The notes under the pieces were generated by a model. The model was given only the letters and a program-made list of their open reading frames with translations, had not been told where the DNA came from and ran no database searches. Below, in pieces: positions 24,940 to 37,830 of a stretch of 64,000 nt of DNA. Every line of letters starts with the position of its first letter. The first letter of the stretch is position 1. Made by a program: the position numbers and the translations under genes. Where the stretch lies: contig MU057887.1 of the NCBI GenBank assembly GCA_013265495.1, positions 1,873,985 to 1,937,984 of the forward strand. Direction: 5' to 3'. Origin of the DNA: Vicugna vicugna. Lineage: Eukaryota.

Positions 24940-25200
24940 TCTGTTCATCTAAACAGCTGGCGCTATTTGTTCTGGGTGATTTCCCTTATTTATTGCCACA
25001 TTTTCAGAAGGCACATAACTCTGTCTTCCAGCCATTTTACTGCAGCCTCTTTAAATTGAAACAATTGATCAGGCCTTTGCTTTTCTCCTTTTGTTCCAGT
25101 CCCTCCTCCCCAGCTGCCCCATCCCACCCCTTCTCTTTCAAGCAGCAATTAAATTTAAATGCATTTTCTCTAAAGAAAAAAATTAATCATAATCTCAGGC
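24940..25200. promoter_or_regulatory. Candidate conserved non-coding enhancer
   Basis: Non-repetitive AT-rich island within GC-rich flanks; AACAAT (SOX) at 25060-25065; multiple TAAT/ATTA. Confidence 0.4.
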
Positions 25201-26779
25201 CCAGGAGTGCCCTGGAGTCAAGGGGAAGTCGCTGGACACACAGGGCTGGACAGGAGGGCAGCTGACTCTGCCCTTTTGGGGGATGCGAGGCCCCAGCCCT
25301 GCTGGGGCCCAGGGCAGATTCTGACCAAGATGGGTGGAGGCCCCGTAGGTCGCAGGGAGTGTGGCCAGCGTCTCGCTGGCAGCCCAGCCGTGGAATGCAG
25401 CCAAATGGGGCCGTGGGACAGGCAGGATGTGCAGGGGGTCGCCGGCCTTTGAGATGGGGTGGAGGTCCTTGCCTCAGAAAGTCTCGGGGTCCCAGGCCCA
25501 GGTTCCAGGCAGGGCACTGCCAGGAGGGACACGTGTATCGCCGGCACAAGGACAGTGGAGCAGCGAGCATCTGGTCCCTGCTCTCCCTTCCCTCTTTGTT
25601 GTAGCCACAAGGAGGCTGAGGGCCAAATCTGCAGCTGAGATTCAAGAGCTGCTTGTGACCTGAGTCACATCCTGTCCTGTCCAGAGGGTCAGGCTGCCCG
25701 TCACCCCCGTCACCCTGGGTTCCCCCCCACGCCCCCCACAGGCGTGGTCATTGCTTATTCTGAGTCCGTAAACGCCTCTTGTCATCTGCCCGGAGCCCCA
25801 GGGGGCCAGTGACTCCCCACTGTTGGCGTCTGGAGCAAGGAAGCAGCCAGCAGGGCCCCGGGGAGTCCAAGTCCTGCCTGGAGACCCCGCAGAGTTGGTG
25901 ATGCGATAGACCACTCAGTCCTGCTGTCTCGTGTAGCCAAGGAAGCAGAGCCTGCAAGGGGAGATGCTGGCTCCACAAAGCAAGGACAGGAGGGTGAACA
26001 GGCCCGGCGTCCCAGCGGGTGGGGGTCCCCCGAGGTTCTGCCAGCAGCGTGAGCGCCAGGAGGCGCCCTTCCTCTGTCCACCCCTGGCTGTGGGGCAGGC
26101 ACGGGCTCCCAGGCTCTTCCTAAGGAGCCCTCCCCGGCCCTCCCGAGGGTAACCCTGCCTCCTGTTGACAGGAATCTGCATCAGTGGCAGAGCCCTGGGG
26201 CGTCCACTCTGCCCTTTGCAGAGTGGAGGATGGGAGGAAGTTCTTAGGGTGGACTTGTGAGTAGAGCCCACCTGTGCGCCTGCCGCACAGGGAGAGGGCC
26301 TCCCTCCACCCCTCTCCCCGCCCCCGAGTGCATCCCAGTCCCCACCCCTTCATTTGCCGGAGATGGATGTCCTGGGGGCTACCTGGCCCAGGAGCTGCCC
26401 CGTGCTGGTCACTGGTCGGCAGGAGGAGGGAAACTGTGGCAAAGGGCAGGTTCTGGGGGTGTTGGAGGTGGGGCACAGGACACAGGAGTCAGCTAACCAG
26501 CCCCATTTTAGAGGTGAGGCTACTGAGGCTCCGAGAGTCTCCGTGACACACTCGAGGGTGGGTACGGGGCCCAAAGTGCCCAAACCAGCTCCTCTGATGT
26601 GAGGTGTGGACTCCTTTTGCCCCAGCCGTCCGGGCCTGGTGACCACAAGCACACCCACTGTAGCTGCCCACAGGCTCCCCAGAGTGGCCCTTGACAAACA
26701 CTGGAAGCAGCACAGGTGAGACGCCTGCCTCCGCCGCGTGGAGGACTGTCTTCTTTGAAGGGCCCCTCCCGAGCAGGTG

Positions 26780-29350
26780 CCTGCGGGCCATGTCCTCTCC
26801 TTGACAAGGGTGTCCCACTGTGTGGATGGATAACAGACGTTCACCCGTTCCCCTGTCGACGGGCACCTGGACTGTCTCCAGTTTCTAGCCATTATCGTGG
26901 TTCCTTTTTTGGTGGCCATGTGCGTCCTCTCAGGTGTCTCCTAGGAGTTGAATTGAGGGGCTGCGTGGTAAACATGTGCTTAGTTTTAGTGCACACCACC
27001 AAACAGCTTCCCAGAGCAGTTTACCCGCTTTACATTCTCATGAGCAGTGTGAGAGCCCCAGTGGTCCTGCGTCCTCACCAGCACTGGTCACGGTCAGTCT
27101 CGCCTTCCCAGCCCTTCCGGTGAGTCAGTGATGGCATCCCAGTGTGGATTTCAGGCGATTAGTTTGAGCTCTTTGCCTGTACTTACGGGCCACAAGCACG
27201 TCTCTTTGTGAATAGCCCATTCATGCCTTTTGTCCATTTTTAATTGGGTTGGCTTTTTTTTGTTATTGATTTATGGCAGCTCTTTATATATGACATTCAG
27301 GAGTTCTTTGTCAGAAATGTGTATCATGTATATTTCTCCTGATCCATGGATTGCTTTTCACTTAATAGTGTCTTTGGTGAGCAGAAGTTTTAAGTTTTGA
27401 TGAAATTAAATTTATAGTTTTTCCTTTATAATTACTTCTTTGTGTCCTCTCCAAACAATATTTGCCTACTCCAGAACAGTGAGGAGAGTTTTCTCTTCTA
27501 GGTGATTCATCATTCTACTTTTTGGTCAATGATGTGCCTTGAATTAATGTGTGTGAATGGTGTGAGAGAGGGAGCAAATTTTATTTTTTCTGTACTGTCA
27601 GCCAGTATTTCCACTACTGCTTGTTGGAGAGACTCTCCTTTGTCTGATGACTTGCCCTGGTGCCTCAGTTGACTGTATGGATGTGGACCTATTTCTGGAC
27701 TCTGTTCTACTCCATTGATCTGTTTGTCTTTGAGTTAACATCATGTAAACTTAATTATTGTAGCTTTATGGTAAATCTTGATATCAGAGAGTGTTCTCCA
27801 ACTTTATTGTTTTTTCACAAAGATTTTCTTGGAAATTCTAAGCTCTTTACATTATCAGATTAATTTTAAAATTAGCTCTTCACTGTCAATACAAAGCCTG
27901 CTGGGGTTTTACTGGGGTTGGATGGACACTATGGACCAGTTTAGGGAGAACTGACATCCTGGCAACATTGAATTTTCTCATCTATGAAAATGCTGTGCTG
28001 ATTCAGGTTTCTGAAAGCATTAATCCCCTCAACATTTTTTATAGTTCACAGTGTGGAGATCTTACGTATCTTTTACTGGATGGATTCTTAGGCATCTGGT
28101 ATATTTTGATCCCATTATAAATAGAACTGAAAATGTTCATTTTCCAATTGTTCATTACTAATGCATAGAAATAAAATTAATTTTGGTATATCGACTTTAC
28201 CTTTTATAAATTTGTTCAATTTGCTTGTTAATTTTAGTAGTTTTGTCACAGCTTCCTTAAGACCTCAACATACACAGTCATGTCTGCCCATGCAGACAGT
28301 TTTACGTCTTCCTGCTCATCTTTTTGTCTTTTGTTTCTTTTTCTTATTTTCCTGCACCAGCTGGGACCCCTCAGTGATGTCAAGCAGAAGTAACAAAGGA
28401 GGACACCTTGCCTGGTTCCTAATCTTAAAGTAAAGTGCTCAGTGTTTCATCGTTAAGTGTAATGTTAGCTGTAGGACTTTAAAACAGATACTCTTTGTTA
28501 GATTGAAGAAGTTTCTCCTGCTCCATTTTGCTGAGAGATTTCTTTTGTGTTGAATCTTATCAAATGCTTTCTCTGCATCTGTTGAGATGATGATGATTTT
28601 TTTTCTCCTTTATTCTTTTGATTTGGTAAATTACAGTGAGTTTTAAATGTTAAACCAACCTTGCACCTTGGATAAATCCCATTTGTTTATAACACACACA
28701 CAGAGAAACACACACATATACACAGAGGTTTTGGCTCGCTAGTACTTTGTTCAAACTTTTTACATGATTTTAAGAGAGATTGTTCTGTAATTTTACTTTA
28801 TTCTAATTTTGTACCATCTGACAATCCTGCTTGCTAATTGGAACACTTACTCCATCTACATTTAATTAAATTACTGATGAAGCTGAGTTTACATCTACTT
28901 TCTTGCTATTTGCTTTCTATTTGTGCCATCTGTTCTCTGAGTCTTTACTGCTTTCTCTCGGATTAACTGAGAATTTTAAAATATTCTATTGTATGTCCTC
29001 TCTTGGCCTTTTGGTATCTCTTTTCTTTAAAGTGCTCTGAGTATTACAACGCACGTCCTTAAATGATTGCAATCCACACTGCATTAACAGTATTCCACTT
29101 CCAGCACAGCACAAGGACATTACAGCAGTGTAATTCCCTTTCACTCCTCTTACCCTGCGCTATTACCATCATGTACTTCATTTCTACGTGTTCTATATCC
29201 CATGGAGGGATAAGATCTTTGCTTTAATCAGTCGATAATCTCTGTTCATTCATTCTGATCATATTTTCCTCTAAATTATTAACAAACTTATAATAAAAGT
29301 TTAAGGTTGTTGTGTGCTAATTTCAGCCTCTCAGTCATCTGTGCATTTAC
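26780..29350 (-). mobile_element. Old L1 (L1M-type) ORF2/3' remnant
   Basis: Antisense L1 motifs (tttgtccatttttaattgggtt; gagcagaagttttaagttttgatga; atcaaatgctttctctgcatctgttgagatgat); ORF-track peptide TTIMARNWRQSRCPSTGE. Confidence 0.85.
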
Positions 29351-30019
29351 CTCTGTTAACTGTTATTTCTCTTGATTATTGGTCACATTTTCAACCAAGA
29401 GTCCAGCCGAGCTGGGGCTGACCTTACCTCTCGTAAGTTTGGTTCATCTCTGGTTTCAGATGTGCTGAGGGTGGGGTCAGGCCCTTTTCTTCTGCAAGTA
29501 CCAAGAGACCGTGTGGCATTCTCTTTGCTGTCAACCTCAAGCTCCAATTCCTCTTGCAGTCTCCCTGAAGGGATGACTTCTGTGGTCTTACCAGGAGTTG
29601 AGCTCATTGGGAATACTCTTTGATTAATTCTAGTTTACGCACGGGTTCAACTCCTTTGAGAATAAATTCAAACACCATCTCATCCCCAGCAGGGCCCTGA
29701 AATCCAAACATCATGAAACTTCAAGATCTCTCTCTCTGCTTTCCAGCCTCACCCCCGTCTGTCTCTAATGTGGCATTGTCAGGTGATAGAGATTACTTCT
29801 ACCTTTGGGGCAATTTCAAATCCCAGCTTACTGTCACATAAGCTCACAGTGCTTAAAAAGTTTGGCTGGCTTTTCCATGGGCCTGGAGTCTCCTGGCCTA
29901 TGGCAGGTAGAGGAGTGAGATCTCAGACTTGGCAGCCTTCACTTATGAAGGTCTTGTCTTTCTTTGGAACTCGGTTCATGTAGAGTTTTTTGCATTTATA
30001 GCTCTTTGAAGGCTTTGAA

Positions 30020-30085
30020 GGGGGAGACACCTGGGGGTAGGTTACCTGGGGGAAGGTTACTTGGGGGAGGTGACCTGGGGGGAGC
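30020..30085 (+). repeat. About 14-bp G-rich tandem repeat (aggtKacctggggg)
   Basis: gggggagacacctgggggtaggttacctgggggaaggttacttgggggaggtgacctgggggg. Confidence 0.85.
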
Positions 30086-30504
30086 CTAGGAGGTCCCTCT
30101 GGAAGATGACTCTAGTGCCAAGGTGACCTGGGAGGGGTCCAAACTCTCCATTTTAGATAAGGAGACTGAGACTCGAGAGCAGAAGGGAAAATCAGGGCCT
30201 ACCTCTCGCTGGAGGCTGGGGCAGATCTGGGACAATGGTCTCTTGGCCCCAAGGCTGGGAGGCCCAGGAGAATTGTGACCAGGTCTTAGGACTTGGGGTT
30301 CCACCTGACGCCGGCACCCAGCTGAACTTCGGTTCGTGCAGCCTGAGAGCAGACACGGGGGCCGGAACAGACTCTCGGGCTTCCAGCAGACTCCCGGGGG
30401 AGGAGCTGTTGGAGCGGGGCATCGAGGGATGCGCAGGAAGCTGAGGGGAGGCAGGCGCCACTGGCTGAGTGGTGCCCATGTGCTGGCATCATCTCACCCA
30501 GAGG

Positions 30505-30605
30505 CGGCACAGCACTGTGGTTAAGTGCACTGTCCTTGGGGCCAGGCAGCTTGAGTTCAAGTCCTGACTCTGCCACTTTCCAGCTGGGGCCCTGGAGAGG
30601 TCACC
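30505..30605. mobile_element. MIR SINE fragment
   Basis: gtggttaagtgcactgtccttggggccaggcagcttgagttcaagtcctgactctgccact. Confidence 0.75.
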
Positions 30606-32559
30606 AGCCAGCTCTTTGCCTGTGGCCACTTCCATGTCCACCCCCTGGCCCCAGCTGAATACCCTCAGGATGTGTGCCCTCAGACTACCTCAGGATTTCC
30701 GAGACTGACTTTCTCACGGGAGGCGTGGAGACCCTACCCCAGCCCTGGGGGACCTTCTGTTCCCAGACCCAGCTCCTTGCCTTGCCTGAGCCTGGAGCTC
30801 AGAGCTCGGCATGTTACATCCTTGAGGCGACACTTCAGCCAGAGACCCCCGTTCTGGGGCTGGAGACGGGTCTTGGGGGCCACACCCGTCTTCCACGGAA
30901 CCACAGTGACAGCATTGTCCCAACGTGCCGAGTCCTCAGCCCCTTGGGAGCCCCCAAAGCAGGGGCTTCATCTCAGGATGCTGCCCTTGGGGAAATTCTG
31001 TAACTGCCCCCTGCCCCCTAGCCGTCCCTCACAAGAGGAGGCGGACTTCGACCCCAGGCCGCCCTGGCACCAGAGCTGGGCTGATTTCCAGCAGGCAGTA
31101 GTCAGCGGGACTGTGTCGAGTCTGATGAGAGAGTGGTGCGTTCTGCCAGGGGCTCTCAGGCGTGCAGCAGGGCTGCCTTGTCAAGGAGAGAGTCTCCAGA
31201 AACACAACTCCTCAGTTGCTTCTTGCTGCTCTGGAGTGACCCCCCAAGGCTGCATCCTGAGACCAGTGGGTCCCAACGGATCCGGCCGCTGCCACATTTC
31301 CAGCAGGAGCTTCGGGCTGACCCAGCTCTGGGCAGATTCCATTCCTCAGAGGTTGCCCAACGGGGTTTAGGCTCCAGGAATGAACAACTGTGACACGGAC
31401 CAAGCAGAGTTTCTGCAAACCCCACACAAGCACTTGTTCTGGAAGGTCTGAGGGACACAGAAGGGGGTGAGAAGGGCCCCCAAATGCCAGAGAACTGAGG
31501 ACATTTCCCAGTGGAAGGGAAGATACGTGGTGCGGAGTGTGGGACATTCAGCTCTGCTATTATTTTTTTATCAGCATTATCTTGGGCGAGTCATGTAATC
31601 CCCAAGCAGTCAGTTCCTCTCCCGTCAAAGGGAAATAATACCTTTTGTTCTGGCCTGAATTAGAAGTCAGGTCTCTAAAGCAGCCCGCGCAGACTCTGGC
31701 CCTCGTGTGGTTTTGTCTGTAAGAATAATGACACCTACAGTTTTACTCTATGACTTTATTCAGTGCTCACAGCTCCTTGTGAGGAGAGCATGGCTGAGTC
31801 CTGATCGTGTCCGCTTTACAGAAGAGAACACCAAGGCACAAAGGAGACCGTGTACAAGGCAGGCAGCCGACGGGTGGCAGGAGCTCCGTGGAAACTTGCT
31901 GCCTCTTCCCCAGGGAACACCGCGTGTCTGTGTCCCGGGACAGCCCCATCCTACAGCCCTGAGTTCTTGGGGGCACCACTAGAAAGAAAGCCTGTGCCGG
32001 GACCCAGGCAGGAGCATTGTTGCAGACAGGAAGTCCCAAGGAGATTCAGAAAGCATTTCATCTCTGCAGCCAAGGTCAGTCCCGGTTCTGTCTGGACTCG
32101 TTGATCCGTTTGGGGGTGGATGTAGGCACCAGCATAGCTGTCATGACCGCCGCGGCAGGGCTGCCAGAAGAAACAGCTTCTCCTGAGCCATCAGACAGAG
32201 ATGTGGGGCTGACTCCTGCGTAAGAAGGAAGCTTTGGGGCTGATCAACCTTCTGTCAGTTGCTGTCATGATGCGACGGGGGCTCAGACAGCTGATGGGAG
32301 GCAAGAACCTGGCCATGGAGGAGATTCTGGAGAAGCAGGACCCGAGACAGGGGCACTTCCTCTCCACTCTGCACCAGCCCCCGGGTCTGATTTATTTCTG
32401 CAGAAGCTCGCTGGGGGGTGAGGGGTACCAAAGCAAGCAGTGAGAATGCCAGGACTGGGGGCCATCCAGGGCTTGCAAGTAGCCTGCGTTCTGAATAGGC
32501 CTTTTGTTCAGCGTGGCCATAATGAAGGAGAGGACTTGGCAGCAGATGCCCAGAAAGGG

Positions 32560-32780
32560 CTATGACTAAGTGTCCATTCTAAGTGGAGCATTTTAATCAA
32601 AAATCCATGTAATTTATTTGAATGAAAATGTGTGTTCTTTCAGAACCCAGCTCTCTCCCCAGTCTTTCCATATTAATAGATCATTAATGCTCCATGAATG
32701 GGTAATTGTCTTCTCGGAAAACAAATGCAGCAGCATAAAAGGGAAATCATGGTTGTTTAAACTTCAGAAAAAGTAATCGT
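32560..32780. promoter_or_regulatory. Candidate conserved non-coding enhancer
   Basis: Non-repetitive AT-rich island with ttttaatc, gtaatttattt, attaatagatcattaat, ggtaattg. Confidence 0.4.
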
Positions 32781-34879
32781 CGGGGAAGGGAGAGCTGTGT
32801 TCACAAAAACAGCCAGCTTCAGTCTCCAGTTTTGGGAGAGGGGAGGCTGGCAGAGCTGCACTGAGAGACTCACGGTGGGTGCAGCCACTGTCTGAGCCCC
32901 TGAGACCCCCCTGCATGTCCTGACCTGCAAAGGGCGCTCTAGGACCCCTGTGGCTCGAGGCCACTCACAAGGGATGGATTTGGTGTCCAGTCAGCCACGC
33001 TGTGCAGGGCCTGCCAGGGCAGGTACAGGTGAGCAGGCTCACCAGGAAAGAGCCTGGGATGGGTCCCAGCATCAGGTATCTGGGGGATGCTGGGCCAGCC
33101 CTGCACTCTCTTGGATTCCCAAGTTGCAGCTGCAACAATCCCCTGCAGTATGCATTCTGTTGGTCCAAGTGGCCCTCTTGGTTTTTGGACCTTACGGTGG
33201 GAGAGGACCCCTGCCTTGGGTCCTGATGCCTCTTACCAGAGACCTCCTGGATCCACCTCTTGGGAAACATTCTCTGTAATGTTGGATGAGACTTCCCACT
33301 GTGGGGCCTCAGTTTCATCTCTAAACTAAGGGGATTGGACTGGATGATACTTTTGTTCATTCATTCATTTATTCATTCACTGACTCCACAATTAAATGAA
33401 GCTCCAAGCTAAGCAGGGGGCTGACATCTCTGCAGTCCTGACTTGTGTGAGTGAGCAGATAGTGTCTGAGGTGGGAAGGGACTAATTCCAGACTCCCCTG
33501 CCATGCTTCTCGTTAGCCTAGGATTGGTCAACCTCATGATTCACTTGGAACACAGATGTGTCTGCCATCCATCCAGGCTTCTGACGGCTATTTGGCGCAG
33601 CAGGGTGTCTGCAGCTCTGCCAGGACGTGGTGTGCAGCCCAGAGCTGTGCATCTGGACTGGGAGGTGGTTCCCTGAGCGTTCCTTTCCACTGGCCCACAG
33701 TTCTAACTGAGCCACTGGCCACGCAGCGCCTGGAACGCCTGGCAGTTCAGTAGGATAACATCTTGCACGCTGTGCCAGTCTCCTTCCCCAGCATTTACGG
33801 GGCACCTGCGGGCACCAGGTGCAGGGATGGGGCTCCAAGATGGGTAAGAACGTAAGCTCCAGTTCCCAAAGCCAGGGGCCCGTCGGCTTTGCTAGTGCTG
33901 CGTTTTCAGCACCCAGGACAGCGCCCAGTGCCCAGTGGGTGCGCTGTAAACATCATGCGCGAATCAAAGGAAGAATAAGACCCTGGCCCGGCCCTCTGGG
34001 CCTTCCGGCTGGAGGCAGAGCAGAGCAGCTGGGGACCAGGGCACGCGTGATGCACAGGCTGATGTCAAACCCGGCTCTCGGCCCTCCCTCCGCTCCTCCT
34101 GTTTCCTTTCCTCTGCTTTCCACTCTGACTCTCCTGGTTGCTCCCTCTGTGAGGCCCCCACAGATCTGGCATCCAACTGTGCCCCATGCAACCCCCTGCA
34201 TGGTCACTCTTCCTGTGTGATTGTCCCCCGGAGTGGGACTCCTTAAGGGCGGGTTCCGTCTTTAATTGGTCTCCTTGTCCCCAGCACATAGCACCAAGTC
34301 AGAATGAGTGCTCTAGCAAAGATATGTCTAGGGGAGGAGGTGGCCGGGGGGCCCTCCCGGAGGAGCGGGGGTGCAGGTGGCATTTCACATACCACCGGCT
34401 GGGGCCGAGGGCAGCATTGCTGGCTGTGCGAGCTGTTCTGAGGGTTGAACACAGAGTGATTCTGAGCAAGCTGCCATCACCCAGCATGCTGGGATTTATT
34501 GGGGGTGAATATTTATGTGGTCTGGATGCACAGATTAATTAGGTTCTGGTCCTGGCTGCCAAGGCATCAATTACCCATCGTCCTCGTCTTGTCTGCAATA
34601 GCGTCTTCTCTCAAAACACATCACCTGAACCAATGTCTGCAGGGAGGCCGGCAGAGGTGGAGCCGGGCCAGCCGGGGCCTCAGCATCCTGCTTCCCACTG
34701 GTCCCCTGATCAGCCCTCTGAGGACAGTGATGGCAGCCTTTATGGGAGAGAGACAGAGGTACAGGGAGACCCGTCACCGGCGGGAAGGAAGGGAGCCTGA
34801 GTGACCACCAGGTCACCCAGCTGAGGACCAGCCCTCTCCCCCCAGCGGCAGGGCCCACAGGGTGGAGCTGGAGGCTAAC

Positions 34880-35040
34880 CCTGGCTCTGCCACCCACCAG
34901 GGGTGACCAGGACAATTACTTGTCTGCTGTGACTCAGTTTTCTCATCTATAAAGTGGGGAGTAGTGCTTACTTCATAGGGCTGTTGCCAGGATTACAGTT
35001 TGGTTATACAGGAGGAGTGCTTACATGAAGCCTTGTGACT
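34880..35040. mobile_element. MIR SINE
   Basis: ctcagttttctcatctataaagtggggagtagtgcttacttcatagggctgttg core. Confidence 0.75.
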
Positions 35041-36029
35041 TTAAGGCAGTGAGGGCTCCGTGGCGGTCACCCTGTATTGGTGGTCCTCCACAGGTGCAGA
35101 GGGGAGGAGCAACTCCTGCTGAGCAGTGACTCCGCCCGTGGCACTAGGGGGCTGACTACATCAGTCTTTATTAGCCTCCCAGCCTTCCTGGGAAGTGTTA
35201 TGAGCTCCATTGTGCAGATGAGGAAACTGGGGCTCAGCTCTAGCTGGGCAGCAGAAAGACAGGGTTAAGGCCATGGTGAACACTGTCAGGCTGCCTCTCC
35301 ACAGAGATCCTGCTGATGCTCTGGGCTGCAGGGGCGCCTGACTGTGGAACCAGACAGAGCACAGCCCCTTCAGAGCTGCGTCCTGGGGGGAGGTCAGTTT
35401 CCAGGGGCTGATATCTGAGAGGAGTCCTGAAGGAGGCTGTGACGGGGCACTCTAGGCCTGCCCCCTCACACCCATGTCCTGGGACCCCCCACCATCTGGA
35501 AGCTCCCAGGGGCAGGGCCCTCTGCCTCCCATGGGCCCGTCAAGCCCTCTGAGCAAGAATGTGGATCATTAGCTTTTCTGAGCTCAGAGTGACTCTTCAG
35601 AGCTACCTTCTGAGGTGAGGAGGAGGATGACGAGATGGCTGGAGAGTGGTTTCTGGGAGGGCTCCTTCGTGCAGCACATCCGGGAACGGCTGGGTGGTCT
35701 TGGGGTAGCCCTGGCCCCCGGCAGGTCCATGCGCTGGGCTCACAGCGGTGCAGTCCAAGCCCGGCCGGCCACTTAGGTGCTCTGTGATCCTGCAGACGGC
35801 GTGTCTGTATCTGGTCCTGGGGCTCCTCGTGGCGGGGCCTGACAGCAGCACGCGGGCAGTGGCCTCCAGGGCTCTGTGACCTCTGCCAGGTTACTTGGCC
35901 TCTCTGTGCCGCAGTGTCCCCGTCTGTACTGTGGGGGGTCTGCGGGTGTCTCCTTACAAGCTGCTGCAAACATTACACGACATTTGATGCAGAGCCCATG
36001 GAACAGTGCCCGGTACTCAGGTACCCCGG

Positions 36030-36412
36030 TGCGGGTTCCTGGGGCTGCCTCGCGAAGCACCACAAACAGGGCCTTCAGACAACAGGGATGTAGCCGCTCG
36101 CAGCCCTGGACACCAGAAGTCCTGAGTCCAGGTGTTGACAGGGCCTTGCCTCCTCCGAAGGCTCTGGAAGAAAATGTCTCCTTGCCTCTTCCAGCTTCTG
36201 GTGGCAGCCGGCAGTCCCTGGCAGGTAGCGCATCACGCCACCACCACCCCTTCCCCGTCTGTGCCCACACGGCCTGCTTGGAGGGGCGCGGTCACTGGAC
36301 TCAGGGCTCATCGAAACCAGTCTGACCTCATCTCAGCTAAACACCTATTTCCAATATGGTCATGTACTGAGGTTCTGGGTGGGCGTGAATTTGGGGGGCA
36401 CCACTCAGCCCA
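36030..36412 (-). mobile_element. MLT1B/C-like MaLR solo LTR
   Basis: ttcctggggctgcc..caccacaaac..ccttgcctcttccagcttctggtggc..gacctcatctcagcta..tttggggggcaccactcagccc. Confidence 0.75.
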
Positions 36413-37309
36413 GTTGACCCCTTTGGGTATAACTACTCCTGGTGTCCAAGGAGAACCCCCTGGCATCGAGGGGCGCCAGGCGGAGAAGGAGCCTCTCCAG
36501 GCTCTGTGAGCTGCGGGGCTCTTAGCTGAGGCTGGTGGGGAGCGCAGGCCCCGGGTCTGTAGCAGAGACACCCCGCCCCCACCGACCCCCACCGACCCCC
36601 ACCCTCCAGGACAGAAGAGGGGCTGGTGGTTTGGGAGCACAGCCAGCGAAGGCTCTCTCTGCCTCTGCACTGGGCAGTAGTGCCCAGAGAGACAAGGTTT
36701 TTCTGCTGCCCCTCCGCTGTCAGGGTCCTCACTCAGAGACGCACCCTGGGAACACCTGCCACCTGTGCGCTGCGAGCCCTGGGCTCAGCGCAAGTTCATC
36801 TCTGGTGGTTTTGTCTGGCCTGTGGGTTGGGCATTCTCGTCCAGACTGTTTATCCCTTCAGGGTCATTAGGTGAGAAGTTAGGTCATTAGGTGAGAAGCA
36901 GGGCCGATGTGACCAGAGCAGACTCAACCCCTGCCTGGAGGCTCCTCTACCTGACAAGCCGTACATCCTGCCTACCGGGCTGATTCTGAGTGTCTGGACA
37001 CTCAGAGAAGGTGGGAGGGTCTTAACCCGAGAACCTGCTAAAATTGGACTGTCCCAAAGTGGGTAGGGGTCTGTCTGTGCTCGTAGACTTTGCTCTCAGG
37101 CTCCCTCCTCCTGAACACCTTCCCGTTCTTCCCAGCTGCCTCCCTCCCTCGCCTCCAGGATGGGTGCAGGAGGCCTCAGGGAGCCTTCCTGTTCCCAGGC
37201 CGAGCCAGGGCCTCCTCTGGGCTCCCTCACCCATGCCCACACCATGCAGCTGTGCCCATGGGCCCCTCTGTCCACACACGCAGGGGCATACTGTGTTCGG
37301 CTCAGCTTG

Positions 37310-37830
37310 GGCCCAGGAGTGTGTGCTGTGCTGACTCCAGTGAGGACCACCTGCTTTATGGTGGCTCAAGTTGAACTGGGATGATGGACACACGGACAGG
37401 TCATGGGCACGCAGCATGGAAAGGCAGGGCCATGTGCTGCGGGAGCACAGACGTGGAGGGGTCAGATCACTAGCCTTCCAGGGGTGGGGACACCCTTGTG
37501 CTGAGTTTTGAAGGTGGGGTCCTAGAATCAGGTAAGAAGAAAAGGGTGGGCCTTCCAGCTGGAGGGAGCAGCACGTGCAAAGGCCCAGGGGTGAGTGACA
37601 GTGTGGTGTGTTCTGTGGACCAGGCGTCTTCAGTGCCCACGGTGGGTGGGTGAGGCTGGCCAGCCAGCGGGCCTGAGTCTGGAGTCTGCGGGCGGGAGGC
37701 CAGGCTGAGAGGCTGGGCTTCATCCGGAGGGCGCAGCGAGCAGGAAGGCCCTTTGTCACTGGAAGGGCTGCTGTTCGGTGTGGTGGCAGTGGGGCTGGAG
37801 TTTCCAGGAGGCCTGACACAGGCGGGGCAG
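37310..37830 (-). mobile_element. L2 LINE fragment
   Basis: gctgagttttgaagg..ttccagctggagggagcagcacgtgcaaaggcccagggg typical of L2. Confidence 0.6.
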
